Positions 28,775-38,987 are shown, counted from the first letter of the stretch. The stretch: DNA of 64,000 nucleotides from Thermoflexia bacterium (GCA_011192125.1 DUEL01000005.1:1512-65511), one strand, 5' to 3'. The notes: generated by a model not told the origin, from the letters alone. Made by a program: numbers and translations.

Positions 28775-29587
28775 ATGGCAAACAGGTATCCACTTGCGAC
28801 CTGGCGACTCGTCCTCTCCCCCCCGGCCGACGGGGCCACCCATATGGCGGTGGACGAGGCGATCTGGGAGGCCGTCGCTGTCGGTCGGGCTCCCCCCACC
28901 CTACGCCTCTACTCCTGGTCGCCCCCCTGTCTCTCGCTGGGGCGCAACCAGCCCGTGACGACGGTCAATCGGCAGGCCCTGCGGGAACGGGGATACGACC
29001 TGGTCCGCCGTCCCACCGGCGGGCAGGCCGTCCTCCACATCGACGAACTGACCTACAGCGTGATCCTCCCCCTCTCCGACCCCCGTGCCCAGGGAGGCAT
29101 CCTGGAAAGTTGTGAGCGCCTCAGCGCCGGGCTGGTCCGCGCTCTGGAAATCCTCGGCGTGGCGGGAGCCGTCGCCCGCCGCCGTCCCCACCCCCCTCAG
29201 GCCCGCGGCCCGGTCTGCTTCGAGACTACCGCCGACTTCGAGGTCGCCGTCGGCGGAAGGAAACTGATCGGCAGCGCGCAGCGCCGAGGGCGCGGGACCC
29301 TCCTCCAGCATGGCGCGCTCCCCCTCTGGGGGGACATCACCCGCATCTGCCCCCTCCTCGTCCCCCCGGCGGACCCCCAGCGAGTGGCCGCACGCGCCAC
29401 GACGCTGGAGGCGGTCCTTAGTCACCGTATCTCTTGGGAGAGGGCTGCGGAGGCGATGATAGAAGGATTCGCCCAGGCACTGAACCTCCGCCTGGAACCC
29501 GACGGACTGACGCCGGAGGAGCGCCAGCGTGTCGAGCAACTCCGGCAGGAGAAGTACGCCAGCGAAGGGTGGACCAGCCTGGTCTAG
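28775..29587 (+). CDS. Lipoate-protein ligase / octanoyltransferase (LplA/LipM family)
   Basis: MAVDEAI, LRLYSW, VRRPTGG, KLIGSAQ, LQHG. Confidence 0.9.
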   Translation: MANRYPLATWRLVLSPPADGATHMAVDEAIWEAVAVGRAPPTLRLYSWSPPCLSLGRNQPVTTVNRQALRERGYDLVRRPTGGQAVLHIDELTYSVILPLSDPRAQGGILESCERLSAGLVRALEILGVAGAVARRRPHPPQARGPVCFETTADFEVAVGGRKLIGSAQRRGRGTLLQHGALPLWGDITRICPLLVPPADPQRVAARATTLEAVLSHRISWERAAEAMIEGFAQALNLRLEPDGLTPEERQRVEQLRQEKYASEGWTSLV

Positions 29588-29590
29588 TCG

Positions 29591-29630
29591 ACCACAGAGG
29601 GACAGAGTTTTTCTCTGTGTCTCTGTGGTG
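29591..29630. repeat. Family A short repeat
   Basis: accacagagggacagag-tttt-ctctgtgtctctgtggt. Confidence 0.8.
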
Positions 29631-29632
29631 GA

Positions 29633-30502
29633 TTACGGTCCAAGCACGATGACGTTGATCACCGTGGGCAGAACGACGTGGTTGCCCCCCGTGGCGAGCG
29701 GGACCCGCGCCTGTGGCGCTCCGGCGAGGTAGAGGCCGACGGCGAGCCGGGCCTCTCCGGTGTACGCCGCTCCCTCCTCGTTGAACACCAGCACGTGGGG
29801 GTCGACGATCACCTCCCCGGCGACCCACCCGGTCGTCGGCCGGGCCCCACCGGCAGGAGGACCGTCGTGCTGGGCGATGAGCCGTCCGTCCGGCGTTAGC
29901 AAGTGGGTGAAAACGACGTATTCGGCCGTCGCCGCGCCCTCCAGCGCCCGCCAGTACAGGGTCAAAGCGACCCCCTCACCGCTGGTCACCTGGTCGTTCG
30001 CCAGGTCGTACCCCACCAGTTCGGCCACATCGCCGAAGCGCGCGCCCACCGGAATCGAAGGCAGGCCCTCTCCGGCCTGAGCCGCTGGCGTGCTTGTCGG
30101 CGGCTCCGTGGGGAGAGCGGTCGGCGGCGGGGGAGGGGGAACCGTCGGAGGAAGGGTCGGCAGTTCTCCCGCCACCGGTGTGGCCGTCGGTGTGGGAGAG
30201 GGGATCGGCGTCAACCCAAACGAAACCTCGGGCGTGGGAGAGGGCTCCAGGTTGGGCAGGGCGCGGGGGATGAAGTACGTCTGCAGGAGGAACACCGCCA
30301 CCCCGACCAGCACGAACCCCAAAGCGGTCCCCCACAGCCGGTTAGCCTGGGCGGTGATCATCTCCCGTTCGAAGGTGGTCAGACTGGCTCCCAACCGCTG
30401 CTGGACGGCAAGGGCCCGAAAGAGGTAGATAAGGGCCCCCAGCCCGCAGACAGCGTAGATGATCCAGGAGAAATCGATCAGCCAGGCCAGGAGGACCTTC
30501 AT
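29633..30502 (-). CDS. Membrane-anchored protein with Pro/Thr linker and extracellular beta domain
   Basis: Two TM segments, PTP-rich linker, ELVGYD...LTLYW...VFTHL...QHDGPP. Confidence 0.8.
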   Translation of the reverse strand: MKVLLAWLIDFSWIIYAVCGLGALIYLFRALAVQQRLGASLTTFEREMITAQANRLWGTALGFVLVGVAVFLLQTYFIPRALPNLEPSPTPEVSFGLTPIPSPTPTATPVAGELPTLPPTVPPPPPPTALPTEPPTSTPAAQAGEGLPSIPVGARFGDVAELVGYDLANDQVTSGEGVALTLYWRALEGAATAEYVVFTHLLTPDGRLIAQHDGPPAGGARPTTGWVAGEVIVDPHVLVFNEEGAAYTGEARLAVGLYLAGAPQARVPLATGGNHVVLPTVINVIVLGP

Positions 30503-31341
30503 AGTCGCCTCAACACCCCCCGGACGATGGTCTCGAGGCGCGGGGCTAGCAACCGACCAGCCTCCAATACCTCTTCGTGGGTCGTCTCCGCCGCTGGCTC
30601 ATCCTCTCCCGTCAGGACGTTGCTGATGCCGGAGATGCCCAACACCCGCATCCCTCCGTGCCGGGCGACGATCACCTCCGGCACAGTGGACATCCCCACC
30701 GCGTCCGCTCCGATCATCCGGAGGAAACGGACGTCGGCCGGGGTCTCAAAGTTGGGACCCGCCAGGCAGACGTAGACCCCTTCGTGCACGGGGATCCCGG
30801 CCTCCCGCGCTACCTGCAGCGCCAGGGCCCGCAGCGCTGGGTCGTAGGCACGGGTCATATCCGGAAAGCGCGGGCCAAACCGATCCAGGTTCGGCCCCCG
30901 CAGCGGACTCTGCCCTGCCATGCCAATCAGGTTGATGTGGTCCCGAATGATCATCACGTCCGCAGGACTGAAACCCGGATTCAGGCCACCAGCGGCGTTG
31001 GTCACGATCAGCGTCTCCACCCCCAGGACCTGCATCACCCGAATGGGGAGGGTCAACCGGGCCATCGAGTACCCCTCGTAGTAATGGGCCCGGCCCTGCA
31101 TCACCATCACCGTCTGTCCTTCAAGGCGACCGATCACCAGCCGCCCCGCGTGCCCCTCGACGGTGACCTGGGGGAAATGGGGGATCTCCGTGTAGGGGAT
31201 TACCGCCGCCGCCTCGACCGCCTCCGCCACCCCGCCAAGACCGGAGCCCAGGATGATGCCAACCTGCGGAAGGTCGGTCAGGGGCCGCCGGACCGCCGCC
31301 GCCGCCTCTTCGATCGTCTCCATCGTCACGAACTCTTTCAC
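30499..31341 (-). CDS. punA: Purine-nucleoside phosphorylase (trimeric type)
   Basis: GIILGSGLG, GRAHYYEG, TNAAGG, GPNFET, DAVGMSTVPE. Confidence 0.95.
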   Translation of the reverse strand: MKEFVTMETIEEAAAAVRRPLTDLPQVGIILGSGLGGVAEAVEAAAVIPYTEIPHFPQVTVEGHAGRLVIGRLEGQTVMVMQGRAHYYEGYSMARLTLPIRVMQVLGVETLIVTNAAGGLNPGFSPADVMIIRDHINLIGMAGQSPLRGPNLDRFGPRFPDMTRAYDPALRALALQVAREAGIPVHEGVYVCLAGPNFETPADVRFLRMIGADAVGMSTVPEVIVARHGGMRVLGISGISNVLTGEDEPAAETTHEEVLEAGRLLAPRLETIVRGVLRRL

Positions 31342-31358
31342 GCGCTCCCTCCCCCTCT

Positions 31359-31862
31359 CTAGTCCTCCGCTCCCCCACCGAGAGTCAGTTCTCCCTTGGC
31401 TGTCAGAATCGCCGCCTTGAGCCGGATCGGGTGGGCCACCCGCCGGAACTTATCCACCCCTGTCTCCGTACCGGAGATGATCCGCAGGTCGCCGTAGTCC
31501 AGGATCCGCCCCAGGAAACTCTGCTGGAGCACGAGGTCGTTGACCTTCTCCAGCGAGGTGTCCGAGACGTACTTGTCGAACGTGCCCCGCACGTCGATCA
31601 CCCGTCGATTGGTGACGATGTACTGCTCGCTCCGCCATCGGATGAACTGGATCACAAAGTGGATCACAGGGACCACAAGCAGCAGGAGAAGTAGGAGGGA
31701 TAACTGCACTTGAAGGAAGACCACCCCAGCCACAGCGAGGGCGACGATCACGATAGCGACCCCAAGGTCGACCAAGATGGTCGGTAGCAACGCCAGCCAG
31801 TGGCGTCGGGTCACAAAGAGGATCCTCTCCCCTGGAATCAACAGTTTCTCTACATATCCCAT
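31359..31862 (-). CDS. Membrane protein with bacterial PH domain
   Basis: PGE...RRHW, two TMs, YIVTNRRVI, LGRILDYGD. Confidence 0.85.
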   Translation of the reverse strand: MGYVEKLLIPGERILFVTRRHWLALLPTILVDLGVAIVIVALAVAGVVFLQVQLSLLLLLLLVVPVIHFVIQFIRWRSEQYIVTNRRVIDVRGTFDKYVSDTSLEKVNDLVLQQSFLGRILDYGDLRIISGTETGVDKFRRVAHPIRLKAAILTAKGELTLGGGAED

Positions 31863-31948
31863 CGGACATCTCCTTCTGAATTCTGACGGAGGTCGATCTG
31901 CGGCTTTCCCATTATATCGGGTTCGCCCTTCCCCACAAGCGGTTTACA

Positions 31949-32104
31949 CTGACCTTTGGACAGGAGTGCGGACGCCGAGCGCGACTGCCTCCTCTCGCCT
32001 GGTCCAGCACGGCTCTTCAAGCCAGTGCTGGACCGATTTCCCGCCAGCCCCGCCTGTTCACGGCGAGGCGGATTGGGCACGCCCGAACTCCTGTCCAAGC
32101 TCCA
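31949..32104 (-). mobile_element. MITE-like element, copy 2
   Basis: Reverse complement aligns by eye with 2619-2773, including both inverted repeats. Confidence 0.7.
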
Positions 32105-32107
32105 AAT

Positions 32108-33175
32108 TTACAGGATCAACATCGCATCCCCGAAACTGTAGAAGCGGTAACGGAGTCGGATCGCCTCCTGATACGCCCTATCCATCAGTTCCTTCCCGCA
32201 GAAGGCGGCCACCAGCATCAGAAGGGTCGATCGAGGGAGGTGGAAATTGGTGATCAACACGTCCACTACACGAAAGCGAAAGCCCGGGTAGATGAAAAGG
32301 TCGGTGTTCCCCTCGAAGGCCGCCACTGTCCGCCATCCGCAGCACTCATCATCCGGCAGCCCCTCGGCCGCCTTCAGCGCCGCCGTCTCCAGCACCCGCA
32401 CCGAGGTGGTCCCCACAGCCACGATCCGTCCCCCCTCCAACCTCGTCCGATTGATCTGCTCGGCCACCTCCGGCCGGAGGGAGCAGTACTCGGTATGCAT
32501 CCGGTGATCCTCCACCCGCTCTTCCCGCACCGGCTGGAACGTATCCAACCCCACGTGCAGGGTGACGAAGGCCAGCCGGACGCCCATCTCCCGCAGCCGG
32601 TGGAGGAGTTCCGGCGTGAAGTGGAGCCCGGCAGTGGGCGCAGCCGCCGAACCGGGGGTCCGGGCAAAGACGGTCTGATACCGCTCGGGGTCGCGCAGCG
32701 GCTCGTGGATGTAGGGGGGCAACGGTACCCGCCCCACCTCCTCCGCCAGGGAAAGGACCGGACGGTCGAAACGGAGCACTCGCAGGCCCCGCTCTCCCTC
32801 CTCGACGACCTCCGCCTCCGCCCCGACCGGCTCCCCCTCCGGTCCCTCCAGGATCGCCAGCCGTAGCCCCGCCCGCACCCGACGCCCCCGCACCAGGACC
32901 TCCCAAACCGTCTCGGACCGGGGCCGGAGGAGCAACACCTCCACCTGCCCGCCGGTCGGCTTGCGGGCGAACATCCGGGCCGGAATGACCCGGCTCTCGT
33001 TGAAGACCAGGAGGTCGCCGGGCCGCAGGTACTCCGGCAGGTCCCGAAACCGCCGGTGGGCCAGCGCCCCCGTCGACCGATCCACCACCATCAGCCGCGC
33101 GGCGTCTCGCGGCTCGACGGGGGTCTGGGCGATCAACTCCGGCGGAAGGTCGTAATCAAAATCGGCGGTCCTCAC
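32108..33175 (-). CDS. queA: S-adenosylmethionine:tRNA ribosyltransferase-isomerase
   Basis: FDYDLPPELIAQ, PLPPYI, AAPTAGLHF, TNFHLP, RFYSFGDAM. Confidence 0.98.
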   Translation of the reverse strand: MRTADFDYDLPPELIAQTPVEPRDAARLMVVDRSTGALAHRRFRDLPEYLRPGDLLVFNESRVIPARMFARKPTGGQVEVLLLRPRSETVWEVLVRGRRVRAGLRLAILEGPEGEPVGAEAEVVEEGERGLRVLRFDRPVLSLAEEVGRVPLPPYIHEPLRDPERYQTVFARTPGSAAAPTAGLHFTPELLHRLREMGVRLAFVTLHVGLDTFQPVREERVEDHRMHTEYCSLRPEVAEQINRTRLEGGRIVAVGTTSVRVLETAALKAAEGLPDDECCGWRTVAAFEGNTDLFIYPGFRFRVVDVLITNFHLPRSTLLMLVAAFCGKELMDRAYQEAIRLRYRFYSFGDAMLIL

Positions 33176-33182
33176 CCCAGAC

Positions 33183-33416
33183 TCACTTGTTCAACAACCG
33201 GGCGATGACGTTCAGCACGATCGTCAGCAAGATGCTCAGGAGGATCGAGCCTAACACAGGAACGACGCAGGTAAATCCCGGCCGCTCGATGCGGATGGTG
33301 CCGGGGAACTCGCTCAGGCCCGGAAAGCGGGCCAGCAACCAGATAAGCCCTCCGACGACGATCATCGTCAGACCGCCGAGGATCAGCATCTTGCCAGCCC
33401 ACTCAAAACCTTCCAT
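33183..33416 (-). CDS. DUF2905 family small membrane protein
   Basis: PGTIRIER...PVLGSILLSILLT; usual position between ruvB and queA. Confidence 0.85.
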   Translation of the reverse strand: MEGFEWAGKMLILGGLTMIVVGGLIWLLARFPGLSEFPGTIRIERPGFTCVVPVLGSILLSILLTIVLNVIARLLNK

Positions 33417-33448
33417 ATCCCTCTCTCCTGAAAAATCCCCCATCCAGT

Positions 33449-33580
33449 CCTGACACTTCGGAAGGAAACCTCCCGCAGGTTCCCTACGGCGCACCCGAGC
33501 GCGCCGTAAAGGGTACCCTGGCTGGTCACTTGCGCTGTCAAGCCGTGCATTAACCTGCGGGAGGTTGGTAAACTGTCAGG
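33449..33580. repeat. Nested palindromic element (REP/MITE-like or structured RNA)
   Basis: cctgaca/tgtcagg ends; perfect 15-bp IR aacctcccgcaggtt/aacctgcgggaggtt; inner hairpin. Confidence 0.6.
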
Positions 33581-33596
33581 TAGCCAGATCTCCCAT

Positions 33597-34616
33597 CTAA
33601 AACAGGGTGGGTTGCTCCGCCCGATCGTAGGGTATCCCCAGATGCTCGTAGGCCCGCACCGTGGCAACGCGGCCACGAGGGGTCCGTTCCAGGAAGCCGA
33701 TCTGGAGGAGATACGGCTCCACCACGTCCATCACCGTGTCCGCCTCCTCGCTCACCGCTGCCGCGATGGTATCCAGCCCCACCGGTCCCCCGCCGAACTT
33801 CTCGATGATGGTGCGCAGGACCTGTCGGTCCAGTTCGTCCAGCCCCATCTCGTCCACCTCCATCAGCGAGAGCGCCTCCTGGGCCACCTCCCGCGTGATC
33901 CGGCCGTCGGAGCGGACCTGGGCATAGTCCCGCACCCGCTTCAGGAGGCGCAGCGCGACGCGGGGCGTGCCCCGCCCCCGCCGGGCGATCTCCGCCGCGC
34001 CCCCCTCGTCCAGCGCCACCCCCAGCACCCGCGCCGCCCGTCGGACGATGGCCTCCATCGAAGCCTGGTCGTAGAAATCCACCCGGAAGATCGCCCCGAA
34101 CCGGGCACGGAGGGGGGCCGTCAGCAGGGCCAGGCGGGTCGTGGCCCCCACGACGGTAAAACGGGGCAGTTTCAGCCGGATGGACCGAGCGCTGGGTCCC
34201 TTGCCCACCACCAGGTCGAGCATGAAGTCCTCCATCGCCGGATAGAGGATCTCCTCCACCGCTCGGTTCAGCCGGTGAATCTCGTCGATGAAAAGGACCT
34301 CCTTCTCTCGCAGGTTGCTGAGGATGGCCGCGAGGTCCCCGGCCCGTTCGATGGCGGGACCGGAGGTAACGCGGATCGGGACCCCCATTTCGCGGGCGAT
34401 GATGTGGGCCAGGGTGGTCTTCCCCAGGCCCGGCGGGCCGTAGAAGAGGACGTGGTCCAGCGGTTCCCCCCGCTGCCGGGCCGCCTCGATCAGGATGGAG
34501 AGGTTCTCCCGCACCCGATCCTGCCCGATCAGGTCGGCCAGCCGCTGGGGGCGCAAGGCCTGGTCCAGTTGCACCTCCCCCGGTCGGGAGGTCGGTGAGA
34601 TCAATCGCTCATCCAT
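33597..34616 (-). CDS. ruvB: Holliday junction branch migration helicase RuvB
   Basis: [35 protein letters not shown]. Confidence 0.98.
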   Translation of the reverse strand: MDERLISPTSRPGEVQLDQALRPQRLADLIGQDRVRENLSILIEAARQRGEPLDHVLFYGPPGLGKTTLAHIIAREMGVPIRVTSGPAIERAGDLAAILSNLREKEVLFIDEIHRLNRAVEEILYPAMEDFMLDLVVGKGPSARSIRLKLPRFTVVGATTRLALLTAPLRARFGAIFRVDFYDQASMEAIVRRAARVLGVALDEGGAAEIARRGRGTPRVALRLLKRVRDYAQVRSDGRITREVAQEALSLMEVDEMGLDELDRQVLRTIIEKFGGGPVGLDTIAAAVSEEADTVMDVVEPYLLQIGFLERTPRGRVATVRAYEHLGIPYDRAEQPTLF

Positions 34617-34664
34617 TGCGGAGGAATTATACCGGGATTGAGGAGGAAGGGGAAGTCGACCGGT

Positions 34665-36335
34665 TCAGGGCCCGCCCGCCTGGCTGATGATCACCCGTTT
34701 CGTCGCTACGTACCACCGGTTGACCGTCGCGAACCGGTCCGAGGGGTACATCAACGGCCCAATCTGTACTCCCTTGACCTTGTTGCTCACGCCGTAAGTA
34801 TAGACCGGATGGAAGAGCAGAATGGCAGGCACCTCGTCGGCAAACACCTGCTGAAACTCCCGATAGAGGTCGATCCGCTGCTGCCGATCCGTCACGATGC
34901 GGGCCGTCTCGATGATCTCGCTGATCCGCCGGTGATCGAGCCCGGCGTAGTTCTGCCCCTGGGTGATCTCCGTCTGATGCCACAACGGGTACGGATCGGG
35001 GTCGCCCGGCAACGCCAGATCCACCAACGCCGCCTGATACGACCGCTGCTCCAGCGCATCCCGTACGTCCACAGGACCGGTGGTCACAACGGTGACCCCG
35101 ATACCCAGTTCCCCCCATTGGCGGGCGACCTCCTCGGCGATCGCCTCGCGCAGGGGATCGGTGGAGGCCAAGAGTTCGAACGAAAGGGGCCGACCATCCT
35201 TGGTTCGGACGCCACCCTGAGGTGGCAACGTCCATCCGGCCTCGTCCAGGAGCGCCTGTGCCTGCTCTGGGTCATAGTCGTACCGACGGATCTGTGGGTC
35301 GTAAGCCCACGTCCCCGCGACGATGGGGCTGTGGGCCACGATCGCCTGCCCGTCCAGCAGATCCTGAACGATCGCCTGACGATCCAGCCCGTACAGGAGA
35401 GCCTGCCGCACCTCCACCTCTTGGAAGAATGGAAGATCGTCGGCTTTCAGCAGGTTGAGGTAGATCAGTGAGTATTGGGCCAACTGAGCCGAGTAGAGGT
35501 TTAGATCATCGTCCTGCCGGGCCTCCGGGAGGTCCTGCAACTCTACCCGCCCCACCCCCTCCACATCGCCGTTCCGGTACGCCCGAAAGGCGGTGGAGTA
35601 CGAAGGGTAGAAGCGGAACCGGAAGTAATCCACCAGGGGACCGGGTCGGAAATACCGGCGGTTACGCTCCAGAAGAACGGACCGGATCTCCCCATCCGCC
35701 GTCTCCACCTCTACCACCTGGAAGGGTCCCGTCCCTACCGGCTTCAAGTTGAACTCCAGCGCGGGGAGATCCGCGCTGGAAACTCCTTCGAGCAGATGGG
35801 CCGGGAGGAGGCCGATGGTCGTGTAGTCGAGAAAAGGGGCGAAGGGTTCGGGAAGGATCATCCGCACCGTGTAGTCGTCCACCTTCGCGATCTTGACCGT
35901 CCGCCACAGCGCACCGACGTCGGGCGGCCCCGGATAGTCGGGGGCCTGGAGAAGCCGGACCGTAAACACGACGTCGTCGGCTGTGAACGGCACCCCGTCG
36001 TGCCAGTAGACGTTGTCACGAAGGTGGAAAACATAGGTCAGCCCATCCAGAGAGACCTCCCAGGACTCCGCCAGGTCTGGCACCACATCGCCCTGCCCGT
36101 TGAACCGAGTCAGGCCATTGAAGACCAGAGCACACAGGTCCCGATCCGCTTCGTTATACGCGCTGAGAAGCGGGTTGATGTAGTGGGGAACGCCGGCGAC
36201 GCCCTCCACATAGGTCCCACCGGCGGTCGGAACCTGCGTCGTGGTATAGGTCAACGCCAGATAGGTCAAGAGGATGGCCACCAGGGCCATCCCCACGCCG
36301 ATGAGCAGTACCTGCCAGCGGACGGTCCTTCGCAT
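34665..36335 (-). CDS. Peptide/nickel ABC transporter substrate-binding protein (family 5)
   Basis: PDLAESW, WHDGVPFTADDV, PVGTGPF, VRQAL. Confidence 0.9.
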   Translation of the reverse strand: MRRTVRWQVLLIGVGMALVAILLTYLALTYTTTQVPTAGGTYVEGVAGVPHYINPLLSAYNEADRDLCALVFNGLTRFNGQGDVVPDLAESWEVSLDGLTYVFHLRDNVYWHDGVPFTADDVVFTVRLLQAPDYPGPPDVGALWRTVKIAKVDDYTVRMILPEPFAPFLDYTTIGLLPAHLLEGVSSADLPALEFNLKPVGTGPFQVVEVETADGEIRSVLLERNRRYFRPGPLVDYFRFRFYPSYSTAFRAYRNGDVEGVGRVELQDLPEARQDDDLNLYSAQLAQYSLIYLNLLKADDLPFFQEVEVRQALLYGLDRQAIVQDLLDGQAIVAHSPIVAGTWAYDPQIRRYDYDPEQAQALLDEAGWTLPPQGGVRTKDGRPLSFELLASTDPLREAIAEEVARQWGELGIGVTVVTTGPVDVRDALEQRSYQAALVDLALPGDPDPYPLWHQTEITQGQNYAGLDHRRISEIIETARIVTDRQQRIDLYREFQQVFADEVPAILLFHPVYTYGVSNKVKGVQIGPLMYPSDRFATVNRWYVATKRVIISQAGGP

Positions 36336-36354
36336 CTGGCTCTGCCTTCAGGCA

Positions 36355-36387
36355 AACGAAGAGGGCCCCGGTCAACCCGGAGCCCCG
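36355..36387 (-). terminator. Putative terminator after secG
   Basis: gggctccgg/ccggggccc hairpin followed by tcttcgttt. Confidence 0.5.
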
Positions 36388-36401
36388 ATTTTCTCTGGGA
36401 T

Positions 36402-36635
36402 TTACCCCAGAGACTCGGCAACCAGCGCGTTGACGAGGGCGATGATAAAGAAGACCACGGAGAGGACGATGGAGATGATGAACAACGTCTTCTCTACGCC
36501 TCGCCGCTTGCGGCGGAACGAGGTCTGCGTACCACCAAACACGCCGCCAAGACCGCTGCTCTGCGTCTGCACGACGATGACGACGATCAGCGCAACACCG
36601 ACGATGATCTGTGCGATATTGAGATAAGTAGCCAT
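36402..36635 (-). CDS. secG: Preprotein translocase subunit SecG
   Basis: Q...GLGGVFGG...RRGVEKTL with two TMs. Confidence 0.93.
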   Translation of the reverse strand: MATYLNIAQIIVGVALIVVIVVQTQSSGLGGVFGGTQTSFRRKRRGVEKTLFIISIVLSVVFFIIALVNALVAESLG

Positions 36636-36668
36636 TCCTCCACTTTACCCCCAGACGAATGCCGATGC

Positions 36669-36697
36669 ATTATATCACGGTCCAGGTCACCGGACAA
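36669..36697 (-). promoter_or_regulatory. secG promoter
   Basis: TTGTCC-17 nt-TATAAT with TGn extension. Confidence 0.65.
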
Positions 36698-36707
36698 GTT
36701 AAGGAGG

Positions 36708-36830
36708 CTGACCTTTCGGACAGGGGTTCGGACATCGGGTGTGAGGCTCCTTCTCGGCGGGTCTAGCACCGGTTCTTCAGACCGGTGCTAGGCCGATTTC
36801 CCGCCGGCCCCGCCTGCTTACGGCGGGGCT
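36708..36830 (-). mobile_element. MITE-like element, copy 3 (one end missing)
   Basis: ctgacctttcggacaggggttcggacat ... ctagcaccggttcttcagaccggtgctag ... ccccgcctgcttacggcgggg. Confidence 0.65.
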
Positions 36831-36852
36831 GGTAAGGTGACCGCCCCCTCAC

Positions 36853-38640
36853 CTACAAAGACCGATGCTCCCGAACCGCCTCCAGCGCCAGGTCGATGAA
36901 CGCCTCCACCGACATCGCCCCTGGCACCTCACCATCCCGGCGGCGCAGGTTGACCTGTCCGGCCTCCATCTCCCGGTCGCCGATGACCAGCATATACGGC
37001 ACCTTCTCCATCTGCGCGTCCCGGATCTTGGCCTGCATCCGGTCGCTGGAGTCGTTCACCTCCACACGGAGGCCGACCTCCCTGAGCCGCCTCGCCACAT
37101 CGTAGGCGTAGTCCACGTGCCGGTCGGCGATGGGGATGAGGACCGCCTGGACGGGGGCCAGCCAGACGGGGAAGGCCCCGCCGTAGTGCTCCACCAGGAT
37201 GCCGAAGAACCGCTCCAGACTGCCCAGCAGCGCCCGGTGGACCATGTAGGGCCGGTGCTCCTTCCCGTCCTCCCCCACGTAGGTCATATCGAACCGCTCC
37301 GGCAGGTTGAAGTCGAACTGGATCGTCGTGCACTGCCAGAGCCGGCCGAGGGCGTCCTTGATCTTGATGTCGATCTTGGGACCGTAGAACGCCCCGCCTC
37401 CCTCGTCCACCTCGTAAGGCAGTCCCTCCGCCTCGATCGCCTTGCGCAGGCTCTCCTGCGCCTGCTCCCACCGCTCCGGCTCCCCCACGTGCTTCTCCGG
37501 CATCGTCGCCAGATAGACCTCGAACTCCTCGAAGCCGAAGGCGCGGAGCAGATCCAGCGAGAACCGCAGCACCTCCAGGACCTCGTCCTCGATCTGCTCC
37601 GGCGTGCAGAAGATATGGGCGTCGTCCTGGGTGAAGCCCCGGACCCGGAGCAGGCCGTGCAGGACCCCGCTCCGCTCGTACCGGTACACCGTCCCCAGTT
37701 CCGCCCAGCGCATCGGCAGTTCCCGATAAGAACGACGACGGCTCTTGTACATCAGGATGTGGAACGGGCAGTTCATCGGCTTGATGAAGTACTCCACCCC
37801 TTCGACGTCCATCGGCGCGTACATACTCTCCCGGTAGAAGTCCAGGTGACCGGACCGCTCCCAGAGTTGTGCCCGGCCGATGTGGGGGGTGAAGACGATC
37901 TCGTAGCCGCCCTTCCGGTGCTGCTCCCGCCAGAAGTCCTCGATCACCTGGCGGATGCGGCCACCCTTGGGATGCCAGTAGGCCAGCCCGGGACCGCCCT
38001 CCTCGTGGAAACTGATCAGGTCCAACTCCTTGATCAACCGCCGGTGGTCCCGCTTCTCCACCTCCTCCCGCCAGGCCAAGTACTGCCTCAGTTGCTTAGG
38101 CGTCTCCCAAGCGGTGCCGTAGATCCGCTGCAGCATCGGCCGCCGCTCGTCCCCCCGCCAGTACGCCCCGGCGACGCTGAGCAACTTGATCGCCTTGGGG
38201 TTGATCTCTTTGGTGTTGGCAACGTGGGGGCCGCGACATAGGTCAACGAACGGACCGTGCCGATAGATAGAGAGGACCGGCTTCCCCTCCACCGGCCGCC
38301 CGTGCTCGTCCATCCCGCCGGAGAGGATCTCGTCGATCAACTCCAGTTTGTAGGGCTGGTCGGCGAAGAGGCGACGGGCCTCCTCCTCGTCGATCTCCTC
38401 GTAGACGAAATCGTACCCCTCGGCGATGATCTCCCGCATCCGGGCCTCGATCTCCTCCAGGTCCTCCGGAGTCAACGGCCGGGGGAGGTCGAAATCGTAG
38501 TAGAAGCCGTTCTCAATGGCCGGACCGATGGCCAGTTTGGCACCAGGGAACTTCTCCAGCACCGCCTGGGCCATCACGTGGGCCGCCGAGTGACGGATGC
38601 GCTCCAGCCGACCGTTCTCCTGTTCCTTCTTCTTCGACAT
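36853..38640 (-). CDS. thrS: Threonine--tRNA ligase (lacks N-terminal TGS domain)
   Basis: RHSAAHVMAQA, DLCRGPH, KPMNCP, RVRGFTQDDAH, FYGPKID. Confidence 0.98.
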   Translation of the reverse strand: MSKKKEQENGRLERIRHSAAHVMAQAVLEKFPGAKLAIGPAIENGFYYDFDLPRPLTPEDLEEIEARMREIIAEGYDFVYEEIDEEEARRLFADQPYKLELIDEILSGGMDEHGRPVEGKPVLSIYRHGPFVDLCRGPHVANTKEINPKAIKLLSVAGAYWRGDERRPMLQRIYGTAWETPKQLRQYLAWREEVEKRDHRRLIKELDLISFHEEGGPGLAYWHPKGGRIRQVIEDFWREQHRKGGYEIVFTPHIGRAQLWERSGHLDFYRESMYAPMDVEGVEYFIKPMNCPFHILMYKSRRRSYRELPMRWAELGTVYRYERSGVLHGLLRVRGFTQDDAHIFCTPEQIEDEVLEVLRFSLDLLRAFGFEEFEVYLATMPEKHVGEPERWEQAQESLRKAIEAEGLPYEVDEGGGAFYGPKIDIKIKDALGRLWQCTTIQFDFNLPERFDMTYVGEDGKEHRPYMVHRALLGSLERFFGILVEHYGGAFPVWLAPVQAVLIPIADRHVDYAYDVARRLREVGLRVEVNDSSDRMQAKIRDAQMEKVPYMLVIGDREMEAGQVNLRRRDGEVPGAMSVEAFIDLALEAVREHRSL

Positions 38641-38668
38641 TTCCCCTCCTTGCAACACAGAGTCTCTT

Positions 38669-38920
38669 AAAGAAAACCCCCGCGCCCCTTGGGGCGCGGG
38701 GGTCTCCCACGCGGTTCCACCCAAGTTCGGCGGTGAAGCGACTCACCGCCGCACTCTGAGGCTGTAACGGGCCTTCCCGGAGCCCCATACTCTCGCCGAA
38801 GCGATTTCAAGGGCCCACTCCCGGGGGGTTTTCCCGACCGTCCGGTCAAGGGGGCTTCCAGCCACGACCCCCTCTCTCTGGGACCTTCTCAGGCCGGTAC
38901 TCGTCCCGGTCAACGCTTTC
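38669..38920 (-). ncRNA. T-box riboswitch (Thr, probable ACC specifier) with terminator
   Basis: TGGGTGGAACCGCG at ~38710-38723; stem I AGAGA/GCTG motifs; GAAA-ACC at ~38827; terminator ccccgcgcccc/ggggcgcgggg plus T-tract. Confidence 0.92.
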
Positions 38921-38940
38921 ACACTCTCGATTGTGGCCTC

Positions 38941-38983
38941 ATTATACTCCTCTTTTGCCTTCTGTCAACCCCAATGGTATAAT
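38941..38983. promoter_or_regulatory. Overlapping divergent promoters (thrS leader and zinc-ribbon gene)
   Basis: Minus strand TTGACA-16-TATAAT; plus strand TTGCCT-17-TATAAT with TGn. Confidence 0.7.
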
Positions 38984-38987
38984 CACA

